Positions 1-8,977 are shown, numbered from the stretch's first letter. The stretch is 51,424 nucleotides of DNA from a virus (IMGVR_UViG_3300044878_000243:1-51424); one strand, 5' to 3'. A program made the numbers and translations. The notes: generated from the letters alone by a model not told the origin.

Positions 1-170
1 TTTGAATCAGAGTTCAAGCTTGAGAGGCTGGAATGGCTTCCTCGGCTCGATAACGCCTTCATCGGCGAGTACATCCATTTGTTTCGACAGCGCCACCATC
101 TTTTCAATCATGAACTCTGAGTAACCTGGGACAACCTTAGCAACGATATCCTCAGCAGGTTGGTCAGGAT
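1..170. repeat. Terminal overlap (copy 1), indicating a circular contig
   Basis: Identical to 51255-51424 except C43 vs T51297. Confidence 0.95.
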
Positions 171-1356
171 AGTAAGTTATCGCTCCACGCTTCTCACGAC
201 CTGGCTTGATGCCAACATTTACTCCGAACAGCGCCATGATCAACTTGATGATGGCCTCAACGATTTCCATGATCTCCTTGTGCGTCATTACCTTGTCCGT
301 GCCATTCTTCGCCTTCCTTGCTTTTACTCTGAGTCGGAAGACGTTGAATCGCGGTGACTCCGGGACGCAGGTGATGTAGTAGTAGCCTCGGATTGCTCGG
401 AATTTGGTTTGTCCGTATCCATCTCTTTCAGAAAGCGCTTTGTAGCCTCTATGTCGCTTTCCAATCTCAACCTGAAGCTCTTGAAGTCTGGTTTCGTCAT
501 ATCTGATGCCCTCTTGTTGGGTTAGTTTTGAAAATGTCAGCCTAGTGGCCTTGAGAAGACTGCCAGGGATTATCTTGTCATCCAGTTCGTATTTTATCCC
601 AGTAGGCTTGCCTCCCTTATTGTATGTCAGATGGATGTATACATTCTTTTTCCTAAGTAATCGTACCAGATCAAACATGTCACCGTTTTGCTCTTGTACA
701 TATTCAACAGTACCACTTACTATTCCAAGCAACTTGCGCTTAACCGAAAGTTCATCTTTAACTAGGGAGCCATATGCTTCAGCTCTTGTCATGTTCGTAT
801 TCCAAGTTTCAGTTGGTTTCGCTGCCTTAACCAGACCAAACATGTCTTCGATCTCGCTAGCAAGTTCACATGCCTTTAAGTTCTCTCTTTGGGTATTACC
901 GGCCAGATTGTATCCAAGCTCTAACTTAATTCGATTTGCAGTTATATGTATGTGGTGATTGTTTGTGTCAGTGTGTAGCGCCACATAATACTTATTTGTT
1001 TTCAAATTAAATCCAAGTCCAACTAACATATGCTCTGCTGCTTTAGTCCATTGCTCCTGGGTGAGCCTCTCACCCGGCGCCAGCGAGAGGGACATGTGGA
1101 AGACTGGCTTCACCACGCGGCGGTTGCCGAACTCCAGCTCGCGGAGCTTGGTGGCCGTGTCGATCTCGTTGAAGACGTCGTCAGCGGACTTTGAGGTGCC
1201 CTTGACGAGGTCTCCGAACTGCAGAGTGCTGATGCAGTTCGATGTAATAAAGTGAGAGTTGGCCGCCTTGTATGGATGGTCGTGCTGGATACCCATAATG
1301 TAGTAGACCCGGTTTTTTGAGCGACCTGTGTTGCTCTGGTAGATTTTAGGAATCAT
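7..1356 (-). CDS. mobA: MOBP-family relaxase (MobA/VirD2-like)
   Basis: Motif II KPVFHMSLSLAPGE, HUH motif III HTDTNNHHIH, N-terminal Tyr (VYYI); directly downstream of mobC. Confidence 0.9.
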   Translation of the reverse strand: MIPKIYQSNTGRSKNRVYYIMGIQHDHPYKAANSHFITSNCISTLQFGDLVKGTSKSADDVFNEIDTATKLRELEFGNRRVVKPVFHMSLSLAPGERLTQEQWTKAAEHMLVGLGFNLKTNKYYVALHTDTNNHHIHITANRIKLELGYNLAGNTQRENLKACELASEIEDMFGLVKAAKPTETWNTNMTRAEAYGSLVKDELSVKRKLLGIVSGTVEYVQEQNGDMFDLVRLLRKKNVYIHLTYNKGGKPTGIKYELDDKIIPGSLLKATRLTFSKLTQQEGIRYDETRLQELQVEIGKRHRGYKALSERDGYGQTKFRAIRGYYYITCVPESPRFNVFRLRVKARKAKNGTDKVMTHKEIMEIVEAIIKLIMALFGVNVGIKPGREKRGAITYYPDQPAEDIVAKVVPGYSEFMIEKMVALSKQMDVLADEGVIEPRKPFQPLKLEL

Positions 1357-1357
1357 G

Positions 1358-1756
1358 TTATGCGTCCTCCCCTTGGTACTCCAGTGCTTCCATTTCGTCG
1401 TCTGCTTGATTGATTTCGTACTGCCTGATCGATGGCAGAATCTTTTCCTGGATCACGCTCAGATGCCTTCTGATGTCGTCCTTGACCTTACATTCAGGCA
1501 GTGGCCCCATAATGGTTTGCGCCAGGTAGTCGAACTCATTTTGCAACAAGAGCACATCCGGTATTACTAACTTGCGCTGCTTTGGTTGTGCATTGATTAC
1601 GTAGTCCCGGATGAATTCTGCTGAACTTTTAGCGCCAGCTTCGTCCCTCTTACGCTCCAGTATCTCTCTTTCTCTGTCTGATAGTCTCAACATGATGCTC
1701 CCAGTTTTGCGCTCTTTCTGAGCCTTTTTGCCTTCGGTTTCTGTTACTTTTTTCAT
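1358..1756 (-). CDS. mobC: MobC-like ribbon-helix-helix relaxosome accessory protein
   Basis: SIMLRLSDREREILERKRDEAGAKSSAEFIRDYV RHH pattern; stop 1 nt before the relaxase start. Confidence 0.8.
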   Translation of the reverse strand: MKKVTETEGKKAQKERKTGSIMLRLSDREREILERKRDEAGAKSSAEFIRDYVINAQPKQRKLVIPDVLLLQNEFDYLAQTIMGPLPECKVKDDIRRHLSVIQEKILPSIRQYEINQADDEMEALEYQGEDA

Positions 1757-1763
1757 TTTATTT

Positions 1764-1892
1764 ATCCTAGTTATCTTTTTGTTTTTTGCTTATATAACTA
1801 GGATGCCTACGGAGATTCTTCCAGCGCAATACCCGAAGGGTGTGAGCAGTAACATTTTTCACGAGAGTGTATATCACTCTCCCACCTTGCTT
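1764..1892. promoter_or_regulatory. Predicted oriT / mob regulatory region
   Basis: 11-bp inverted repeat 1764-1774/1794-1804 over the mobC RBS; IR GAGAGTG-tatat-CACTCTC (1863-1881) followed by CCACCTTGC, resembling MOBP nic sites. Confidence 0.55.
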
Positions 1893-2433
1893 CCGTATAT
1901 CAACCTCCCTTTTTCTTCACCGGCTTCTACCATAAAGAGCGGTACTAAAAGCACAGTTTGAAGGGTCTAAAAAGGATCTAAAGAGCGTCAAAAGGCTTTG
2001 TTTTCAAGTGTTTTAGTTTGTAAATTGTCGCTTAGACAGTCTGCGACGGATTTAGTATACTTTTTGGTGTTTTAGGCCCGATTTAGAGCCCTCCACGGTC
2101 TCAAAAATGACAGTGTTTTGACCTGAAAATATTTTCATTTAATTGCAAAATAATTTGCGTGAGGATGACTCTGGCCATGAAATCTTTGTTAGCCGTCACC
2201 TGCGGTGCCGAAGAAACGATCTCTCTTGAAGGCTAGGGCCCAGGAGTGGATGAATTTCGTTGTTCAACAGAAATCAGTCGAGGGGATCAGTAGTGGTGAG
2301 TCGGAAACGAGGCATGGAGCTCCCCTGGTCGCCGTATACGACTCAAAAGGGCTTAGAGGTTGGACAGGGAAGGAAGTCTCTTGGAAGAGCAGGAGCGAGG
2401 CCCCAGGAGCTCTTCCAGGATCAGGAAGTCGGC

Positions 2434-2814
2434 TTAGTCGTAGGTGTGGTTGGAAGCGATCAGCATGCAGAATTTGAGTGACGCCAGCATCGACTTGTAA
2501 CGCTCGGCCTCTTTGGAGTAATTGCCATCACACCCGTGACGGTCGATCTCTTTCGAAATAAAGCTAAACATCGAAATTACTGTCGGATGGAAGTCATCCG
2601 TGAACTTTGCCTGCCTGTAGGAGCCTATGCCGCCGTTGAGGAGGCGCGTGGCCTTGTTGGCACTGTTGAGCCTCTCCTTCACTGAGCGTGGCTTACCGGT
2701 CTCCTGGAAGGTGCCCATGTTGCCCTTTGGCTTCTTGCCGAGCACGTGCAGCTTGTAGTGCTCCATCCGGCGCAAAAGATACTTGACCGTAAGTTGATCA
2801 CCGTTCTTGAACAT
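2434..2814 (-). CDS. Hypothetical basic protein
   Basis: 126 aa ORF, ATG preceded by GAGGTG RBS. Confidence 0.7.
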   Translation of the reverse strand: MFKNGDQLTVKYLLRRMEHYKLHVLGKKPKGNMGTFQETGKPRSVKERLNSANKATRLLNGGIGSYRQAKFTDDFHPTVISMFSFISKEIDRHGCDGNYSKEAERYKSMLASLKFCMLIASNHTYD

Positions 2815-3159
2815 CTAAATACACCTCTATTGACATATATTGAGATGTTGTCGAATTTTCACTTAACTGTCAACTCTAATTACTGATGTATTGACATACG
2901 AAGATATTGTCGAACATTGACATGATGGTAGATAACGATCTAATAAAATGAATTGACTTTCTGTATTTAATATTCAATTGACTTTGAAGTTTGCACTTCT
3001 TTTGATTTGTTTTTCTATTTTATTTCTTTATATTTTAGTTTAAAGCTTGTTTTGTATTTAAGTTCCTAAGATCTTCTAAAGCTTCTTAAGCTATTCAAAT
3101 GTCTCATGGCTGGTCAGCCAAGATCCATTTTTACTGCAATACTTGCACTTGCTTTGCAC

Positions 3160-3590
3160 TTTTAATACGCAGATCAGGAGGTTCCGGTTTGTCTTCAGGC
3201 AAACTCGCCCTTACCCAGCTAGCCCCCAGGGGACAAATTAATGTCCTCATCTGGGTGACTGCTGGGTAAGGGCTTTTGATGATTCAGAGATGGGCTTCAG
3301 CTTTTACGCGTGACCTATCGGATCTCGGAATAAATCAGTGGAACGCATGATGTCTTCACCGTTCCTCGCAGGTGCCCGGAATGACATTCCGGATCGTCTA
3401 GACCACCTGCCATCGTTGATGGCTATGCGACCGAGGGTTTCCCCAACGTAGTCGCTCTGCAAATCAACGATCCCTCCCGTCTATGAAGCTTTGACGTACC
3501 TAGTAACCTCCTCACAATCACGACTTCGCAAAGCTAGCGTCTGTATACCGCCCCTCGCTCACCGACCTGGCATTAACCAGATATTGCCAT
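3160..3590. ncRNA. Structured non-coding tract (RNA or ssDNA element)
   Basis: At least four nested stem-loops, including a perfect 13-bp stem 3207-3219/3261-3273; no credible ORF. Confidence 0.5.
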
Positions 3591-3617
3591 TCTGCAAAAG
3601 GTATAACGCCTTGTCAA
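3589..3617 (-). promoter_or_regulatory. Sigma70 promoter firing into the structured tract
   Basis: TTGACA-N17-CAGAAT on the minus strand. Confidence 0.6.
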
Positions 3618-3778
3618 CCCCACCCCTAAAAATATCATTAATTGTCACAATGGCGATAAAAAGGCTTGATTTACAACAAATTGTCGAATTTATGATAAAT
3701 TTCATAAAACTAACTGTTGACAATATCTTTGAAAATATTTTACTATTTCTTCAGTACAACCTTTTTGAGTAAATCAAA

Positions 3779-4390
3779 ATGACCACAACAGAAGAAGTCA
3801 TCGACACCATCGAAACCCCCGTAATCCCTGACGTCCAAGCCATCGACCCTGCGCCAGAGCTCGATTCAGCGACAGCCGAGCCAACCAAACCAGCCAAGCG
3901 TCGTCGCGGTCGCCCACAGGTTGAGCGCCCTGCAGGAATGACAAAAGCTCAATATTACGAGCACCGTAAAAATCTCGACGGCTACGTCAAGGCAATTCTC
4001 TGGATCACGCCGGAGGAGATCGAGCTACTCAAGATCTTCCTGGAGAAGCACAGGGCCTATGGCATACTGAAGAACAAGGCTAACGTCATGCCTCGTCGTG
4101 CTCGCATTACCAAGCCGGATAGTGAGCTGAGGGCCAAGCAGGAGGCGGAGATCGCCGCTGCGAAAGAGCTCCAGATCAAACTGGACGCCGAAGCACTGGA
4201 AGCAGAGCAAGCCTTGGCAGCCCAGGAAGCCTTGGAAGCCGAGCGAGCCGCCGCTGAAGCCATTTCCCTATCTGTCCAACCTGTTGCCTTCTGGGAGCCT
4301 CCAGTGACTCTCCAGGAGCTCCGGGCATTGGAGTACACACCAGACGACGACAGCGCGATCATCACTCTGGTGTCCGAGCAATTGATTTAA
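3779..4390 (+). CDS. Hypothetical protein with AT-hook-like RRRGRP motif and coiled coil
   Basis: 203 aa ORF followed by terminator GCCAGGC-tatt-GCCTGGC-TTTT (4404-4428). Confidence 0.75.
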   Translation: MTTTEEVIDTIETPVIPDVQAIDPAPELDSATAEPTKPAKRRRGRPQVERPAGMTKAQYYEHRKNLDGYVKAILWITPEEIELLKIFLEKHRAYGILKNKANVMPRRARITKPDSELRAKQEAEIAAAKELQIKLDAEALEAEQALAAQEALEAERAAAEAISLSVQPVAFWEPPVTLQELRALEYTPDDDSAIITLVSEQLI

Positions 4391-4494
4391 ATTGACAGTC
4401 AACGCCAGGCTATTGCCTGGCTTTTATTTTGCTCCCAAAAGCCAGGCCTTTTGCTCTCAAACCTAAAGGCAGGTTGGCCAGGAAAGGAAATATC

Positions 4495-5010
4495 ATGAAT
4501 ACCCAGCACGTGCTTGGCGAACTTATCGACATTGCCGAATACCAAGAGAACCACGCAAGGCTAAGGACACATATCGTCATGGATGATTCGCTCTTGGCCT
4601 GTGGTGACGATGACTTCCTTGCATTCAAAGCGGCAGTTCGCCATCACTGGGACGTAAAGATGGAGCTGGAGAGCCTTCTTGATGAGTACCTGGTGCAGTT
4701 TGGGTTCAGATATAAGCTAAAGCACAATCACTTCACAAAACTCCACCCCTGGTTTGAGCCTCCACGGTCAGAGCCAAAGTCTCCAAAAGAACTGCATGCG
4801 CGTGACACGCTGAGGCGGGCTTACCTAAGGTCTTGGGACGAAAGAGCAGACGCAATATCGGCAAGGCACATCGACCGAAACGAAAGAACCCAGGCAGAAT
4901 ACAAATATCGTCGGGCCGAATTTCGAGCAATAAGCCGAGAGTGTGAACGCAGGTTCGGCTACTTTAGGGAGTTTTTTATGTTTGCAGACGAAGCAAGGGC
5001 CTCGCGATGA
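4495..5010 (+). CDS. Hypothetical protein
   Basis: ATG 4495 after AGGAAA; ATGA overlap with the next gene. Confidence 0.7.
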   Translation: MNTQHVLGELIDIAEYQENHARLRTHIVMDDSLLACGDDDFLAFKAAVRHHWDVKMELESLLDEYLVQFGFRYKLKHNHFTKLHPWFEPPRSEPKSPKELHARDTLRRAYLRSWDERADAISARHIDRNERTQAEYKYRRAEFRAISRECERRFGYFREFFMFADEARASR

Positions 5011-5990
5011 AGCAGGTCAAGAAATCGGTATTCAACATGTACTCCAGCATGCTTGCGAGCACGCTAAAAAACATCAGCAGGAAGCTTGGGCCCAAGGTCA
5101 ACGCCCTCCATCACATCGGGCACTTTATCGCCAAAAGTCCGGAGGTATCGAGCTCCATAGGGCTTGAGGTGTCGATTTACACAGAAGAGCACTACTGGGC
5201 ACGCAACGGTCGCAACGTGATCTTCCCTGAGTCGATCTCAGTGATCGAGAATCTTATGCGAGCGAAGTATGAGATCGATGACACCGAGGGCTTTACCCTG
5301 CCATTCCTGTCTTTCGCCGTGGCCATGCCAGCCGGTGTAACCAGCAACGGCTATCGAGTCCCTGGGTTCCTTGCCTCCCTCTCCCCTACCGAGCATGCCG
5401 AAGAAAAGCTTCATCCGTTCATCGAGAGCATCAATCTTGATCGTTCGATGTACCAGGCCGTCAACAGGGTCGCGGGACGAGTTCTTGTTGTTCAATACAA
5501 GAACCCAACTGACGGAAGCCATGGCAAGATGGGCGTTGAGGAAAAAGACCTTCCTCGTCTCCTGAGGTGTCGTACTGTTGCTGAATATTCGGCAGAGATG
5601 CGTGAGTACACCGGACTGCTCGCAAGCAACACCGTGAGCACCGAGGAGGACATGGCAATCCAGTTTTACGCGCTGAAGCTGGTAGCAGCAATCGGCGTTT
5701 ACAATATGGCCACTGACGGCAAGCGACTCATTGACGGCTTTCCTGGTGCCTCCATACCAAAGTTAATGGGGCACGATGGATCGAGTGGCTTGCGACTCAG
5801 CACGCTCCAAAACGTCGCTCAGGCGACCAAGGGAAGTCCGGAAAGCCATTACCGCACCTGGCACTTCCGGCATCTCAGGGCACCCTGCTACTACCGTGGC
5901 CAATACGCCGATGTGCCGCAGGGGTCGAGGTATGTGTTTGTATCTGATGCCGTTGTGGGGCAGACCATCGACCCGTCGACCGTTCATTAA
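5007..5990 (+). CDS. Hypothetical protein, possibly distant AcrVA2/FinQ-like family
   Basis: 327 aa; C-terminal SPESHYRTWHFR..VFVSDAVVG resembles the PHxRRGHW..W.P..V motif; family call is tentative. Confidence 0.5.
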   Translation: MKQVKKSVFNMYSSMLASTLKNISRKLGPKVNALHHIGHFIAKSPEVSSSIGLEVSIYTEEHYWARNGRNVIFPESISVIENLMRAKYEIDDTEGFTLPFLSFAVAMPAGVTSNGYRVPGFLASLSPTEHAEEKLHPFIESINLDRSMYQAVNRVAGRVLVVQYKNPTDGSHGKMGVEEKDLPRLLRCRTVAEYSAEMREYTGLLASNTVSTEEDMAIQFYALKLVAAIGVYNMATDGKRLIDGFPGASIPKLMGHDGSSGLRLSTLQNVAQATKGSPESHYRTWHFRHLRAPCYYRGQYADVPQGSRYVFVSDAVVGQTIDPSTVH

Positions 5991-6082
5991 TCAATAATTA
6001 TCAATTATTAATCATGGATTAATAATTATTGATCCATGATTAACAATCAGTAATCAACAATCAACAATTAATAATCAACAAG
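5987..6082. repeat. AT-rich heptamer array A (AATCAAY/AATCATG), putative centromere
   Basis: Near-palindrome AATCATGGATTAATAATTATTGATCCATGATT at 6010-6041 plus tandem AATCAAC. Confidence 0.7.
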
Positions 6083-6091
6083 GATTAGATA

Positions 6092-6415
6092 ATGACAGAC
6101 CACCAAGAAAGCTTGCTCATGATGACTCGCGAAGATGCCTCCCTCCGGGTTCAAGAGCTCATTAATAATCAGCGTGAGAAACAAGAAGGAGCGAACAAGG
6201 AAATCACGCTAGGTAGTCTGTCCGTCGAAGATCAGTCGCGCTGGGTAACCCACATGATTAATCAGATCGCAGCGAACAAGATATTGGGCACGCCTAACAC
6301 CCCAAAGCAAAACGAGTTCGAGGAACATATGAATCGGATCATTCGGGAAAAGAAGGGTGAAGAAAACAGCAATCATGGGTTGTTGCTTGTTGATTACTGC
6401 ATTGTTGATTGTTGA
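6092..6415 (+). CDS. Hypothetical protein between inverted heptamer arrays
   Basis: 107 aa, AAGGA RBS; C-terminus runs into array B. Confidence 0.6.
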   Translation: MTDHQESLLMMTREDASLRVQELINNQREKQEGANKEITLGSLSVEDQSRWVTHMINQIAANKILGTPNTPKQNEFEEHMNRIIREKKGEENSNHGLLLVDYCIVDC

Positions 6416-6460
6416 TTGTTAATCATGGATCAATAATTGTTGATCCATGATTATTAATTC
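6371..6460. repeat. Heptamer array B, an inverted copy of array A
   Basis: GTTGATT tandem plus near-palindrome AATCATGGATCAATAATTGTTGATCCATGATT at 6421-6452. Confidence 0.7.
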
Positions 6461-6797
6461 AGGCACGTGGGTTGCCGAAGTCAGCGATCATGCAGATCTG
6501 CATCAAGATGCCACTACGGCGCTCATGACGCTCAAGCAAGGCATCCAGGTCATCAAGCTCAACGCGCCTCGGCTTGTGGCCCTCAATCGCCCTGGAAAGG
6601 ATCTGGTGCACCCGGCGCAACACGATGAACCGAAAATCGTAATCGTCACCACGCGATTTCTTGATGAATTCAACTGCCTGGCTGTACGGCATGTCATAAC
6701 CTGAGCCACGAAGGATCTCAGCGGAGTATTCGACTGCCCAGCCGTCACGCATCTCTTTCGTCATTTCATCAAGACTCATTTCGTTAATGCTACTCAT
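6459..6797 (-). CDS. Hypothetical protein
   Basis: 112 aa, GGAGGT RBS. Confidence 0.7.
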   Translation of the reverse strand: MSSINEMSLDEMTKEMRDGWAVEYSAEILRGSGYDMPYSQAVEFIKKSRGDDYDFRFIVLRRVHQILSRAIEGHKPRRVELDDLDALLERHERRSGILMQICMIADFGNPRA

Positions 6798-6920
6798 TTT
6801 CTACCTCCGCTAAGTCGATGGCCCATCTCTAATTGTAGGAATGGAGCTTAGACCGAAACAAGCATTGTTTGAAGGCAAGAAAAAGCCGACTCAGATGGCC
6901 GGCTATTTTCTTAGATAGGG

Positions 6921-7205
6921 TCACAGAACCCCAGTGTCACGCAATGCCTTGAGGATGATGGCGGTCACGGACTTCTCGCCATTCTTGGTGCGTTTGTTGG
7001 CTGCCGCCAGATCCTTAAGCTTCCAGGAGTCCGCCTCACTCAAGCAAAATGACATTGTGATGACCTTTTCCACTGTAGGTGCGACCTCAGTGACCTTCTT
7101 GATCTTCTCGCCAGGCTTGGCCGCGACGACTAGGTCTGCCTGCTTGCCTATGAGGATATCTCGCTCAGCATCGCTCATTTTCGGCTTTTCTTTGACTTCA
7201 TACAT
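6921..7205 (-). CDS. Small RHH centromere-binding protein (ParG/ParB type Ib-like)
   Basis: Overlaps the parA stop; flexible N-terminus and C-terminal beta-alpha-alpha (ITMSFCLSEADSWKLKDLAA..SVTAIILKALR). Confidence 0.7.
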   Translation of the reverse strand: MYEVKEKPKMSDAERDILIGKQADLVVAAKPGEKIKKVTEVAPTVEKVITMSFCLSEADSWKLKDLAAANKRTKNGEKSVTAIILKALRDTGVL

Positions 7206-7857
7206 GGCTCAGTACCTCTTTAACGAAGTCTCGCATTTCTGCTTTGGCCATGCGGTTCTGCATCTCGGTTACGCCCAGGCCGCTGTAGGAGGTGTCGATG
7301 TAGGCTTGACGATGGGAGCTGATCGACTTCATCAACTCTAGGCCTTCGAAGCCTGACGTGGAAACCACGAAGTTCTGGCGCTCTTTGTGCCGAATAACGT
7401 GATTCGTGGTCGCCATGGTCTGATAGATCAGCGTCTTGAGCTTGTCGTTGCCGATGGTATTGACTGCGATGTCGACTTGATCGTAAAGCGCGCTGATCGT
7501 GTCGGTGTCGTACCCGGAACACTTATATGGGGCAACAAGGATGTCCGCGATGGCCATGGCCGTAGACAATTCCCTGGTGACTGCACCCTTTACGTCAACG
7601 ACGCAAAAATCGTATTTGCCTTCAAGACTACGGATGAATGGAGACAGGTTGCCGTCCCGGTAAGCGACTGTGACCTGGGCGAGAGAATCATCGCCAAGCG
7701 CCTCACGCTTCTTGCTCCATTTGCTTGCTGATAGCTGGTCGTCAGCGTCCAGAAGGAAGACGCTACTCCCCGCCTGGGCCAGTGCGACTGACAGGCATGT
7801 GGCGGTTGTTGTCTTCGATGCGCCGCCTTTATTGCAACCCACAATGATCGTTTTCAT
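7198..7857 (-). CDS. parA: ParA partition ATPase (short, type Ib)
   Basis: Deviant Walker A KGGASKTT, LLDADDQ, FCVVD; 219 aa with no N-terminal HTH. Confidence 0.92.
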   Translation of the reverse strand: MKTIIVGCNKGGASKTTTATCLSVALAQAGSSVFLLDADDQLSASKWSKKREALGDDSLAQVTVAYRDGNLSPFIRSLEGKYDFCVVDVKGAVTRELSTAMAIADILVAPYKCSGYDTDTISALYDQVDIAVNTIGNDKLKTLIYQTMATTNHVIRHKERQNFVVSTSGFEGLELMKSISSHRQAYIDTSYSGLGVTEMQNRMAKAEMRDFVKEVLSHV

Positions 7858-7870
7858 CTCATATCCTTTA

Positions 7871-7988
7871 TGTTTATTGATTGTTAATCCATGATTACTA
7901 ATTATTGATTCATGATTGTTAAACCATGATTATTAATTAATAATTATTGATCAATAACCCATTATGGCATGGAGCACAGCTCAGTCAA
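7871..7988 (-). promoter_or_regulatory. parA promoter with heptamer array C (autoregulatory centromere-like site)
   Basis: TTGACT-N16-CATAAT with extended TG (7961-7988); repeated CATGATT/ATTGATT between promoter and RBS. Confidence 0.7.
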
Positions 7989-8083
7989 CCCTTGTTTGTA
8001 ATATATTTTCGTTGATCACAAAAAAAGCCAGAACCCGCGCAGGGACTGGCTTCTAGACATTCACGTCGACGTGGAGCAGGGCT

Positions 8084-8476
8084 TTATGACGCAGTGGTGC
8101 AGGATGGGGTGACGTTCGGATTGAGCTGACGCAACTTGTTGGAGCCGATGATTTTGAATGCGTAATTCTTGGTGACGCCGGCAAACTCGGCAGCCTGCTC
8201 AGTCGTCATGCCCTTGAGCATCGCTGTTCTGAGGCTTGCGAGCGTCCTGGCGCCCTTGTCACGAGTGGAGTTGTACTGACTCGGGTTACGCTTCTTTTGC
8301 TGATCGTGGTTGGTGAACGGGATGCTGCCATGCATCTTAGCCAGGACTTCCTTGGATGACGTTGCGCCGATCTCAACTTCCTGGATCTTGCCACCGGAGG
8401 CAAGGAAGGCTTCGACGGCTTTGTCGAGCTTTGCCCGACCGGTTTCCTGCATTTCTACGTAAGCGCTATTGAACAT
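8084..8476 (-). CDS. Phage protein with C-terminal HTH
   Basis: FLASGGKIQEV N-terminal motif; GMTTEQAAEFAGVTKNYAFKI HTH-like segment. Confidence 0.7.
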   Translation of the reverse strand: MFNSAYVEMQETGRAKLDKAVEAFLASGGKIQEVEIGATSSKEVLAKMHGSIPFTNHDQQKKRNPSQYNSTRDKGARTLASLRTAMLKGMTTEQAAEFAGVTKNYAFKIIGSNKLRQLNPNVTPSCTTAS

Positions 8477-8530
8477 ATATATGCACCAGAGCGCACCATT
8501 GCTGATGCGCTTTCAGCAGAGGCCTAGGAC

Positions 8531-8977
8531 TCAGGAGAGGTAATGGCGGGGAGCGAAGGGGATGTCGTCATCTCCGGGGCCATCAACGCCTTGCTGATTT
8601 TGCGGTGCTGGAGTTGGCTCCGGGCTGCCTGCTTCAGCTTTGTCGCCGGTCGCTTCCTCATTGTCTTTGCCACCACCTGCGAATTTGACGTCGATGCAAC
8701 GAGCAACCAGGTTATAGGCCATCACGCCATCTTTGCGCTCATACGGCTCAACGTGGACGTCAGCGGCGGTAAAGTAGATTTGCTTACCAACAGTCATATA
8801 AGGAAGCAGGCCTTCAGCTTGCTTGCCCCACACGGTGAGTTCAAGCCACTGAGTTGGACGTTTGCCGTCCTTCTTAATGCCGTACTCATATGCCACGGGG
8901 ATCGTCATAACTGACAACCCAGCAGCGGTCTTATTAAGCTTTGGCTCACGGCCAACACGTCCGAGATCGGAAATCAT
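8531..8977 (-). CDS. ssb: Single-stranded DNA-binding protein
   Basis: GRVGREP, TQWLELTVWGKQAE, acidic tail DDDIPF. Confidence 0.93.
   Translation of the reverse strand: MISDLGRVGREPKLNKTAAGLSVMTIPVAYEYGIKKDGKRPTQWLELTVWGKQAEGLLPYMTVGKQIYFTAADVHVEPYERKDGVMAYNLVARCIDVKFAGGGKDNEEATGDKAEAGSPEPTPAPQNQQGVDGPGDDDIPFAPRHYLS

Noticed and set aside
1-170. Phage direct terminal repeats or att sites
   Set aside because: The repeat cuts through the relaxase 3' end, and the reading frame and terminator join seamlessly across it, so circular overlap is the simpler explanation
3491-3772. 93 aa ORF
   Set aside because: TTG start without an RBS; it runs across hairpins and divergent promoters
5987-6460. 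CRISPR array or IS/MITE ends
   Set aside because: No constant repeat-spacer periodicity, no cas or transposase gene, and no target duplication seen
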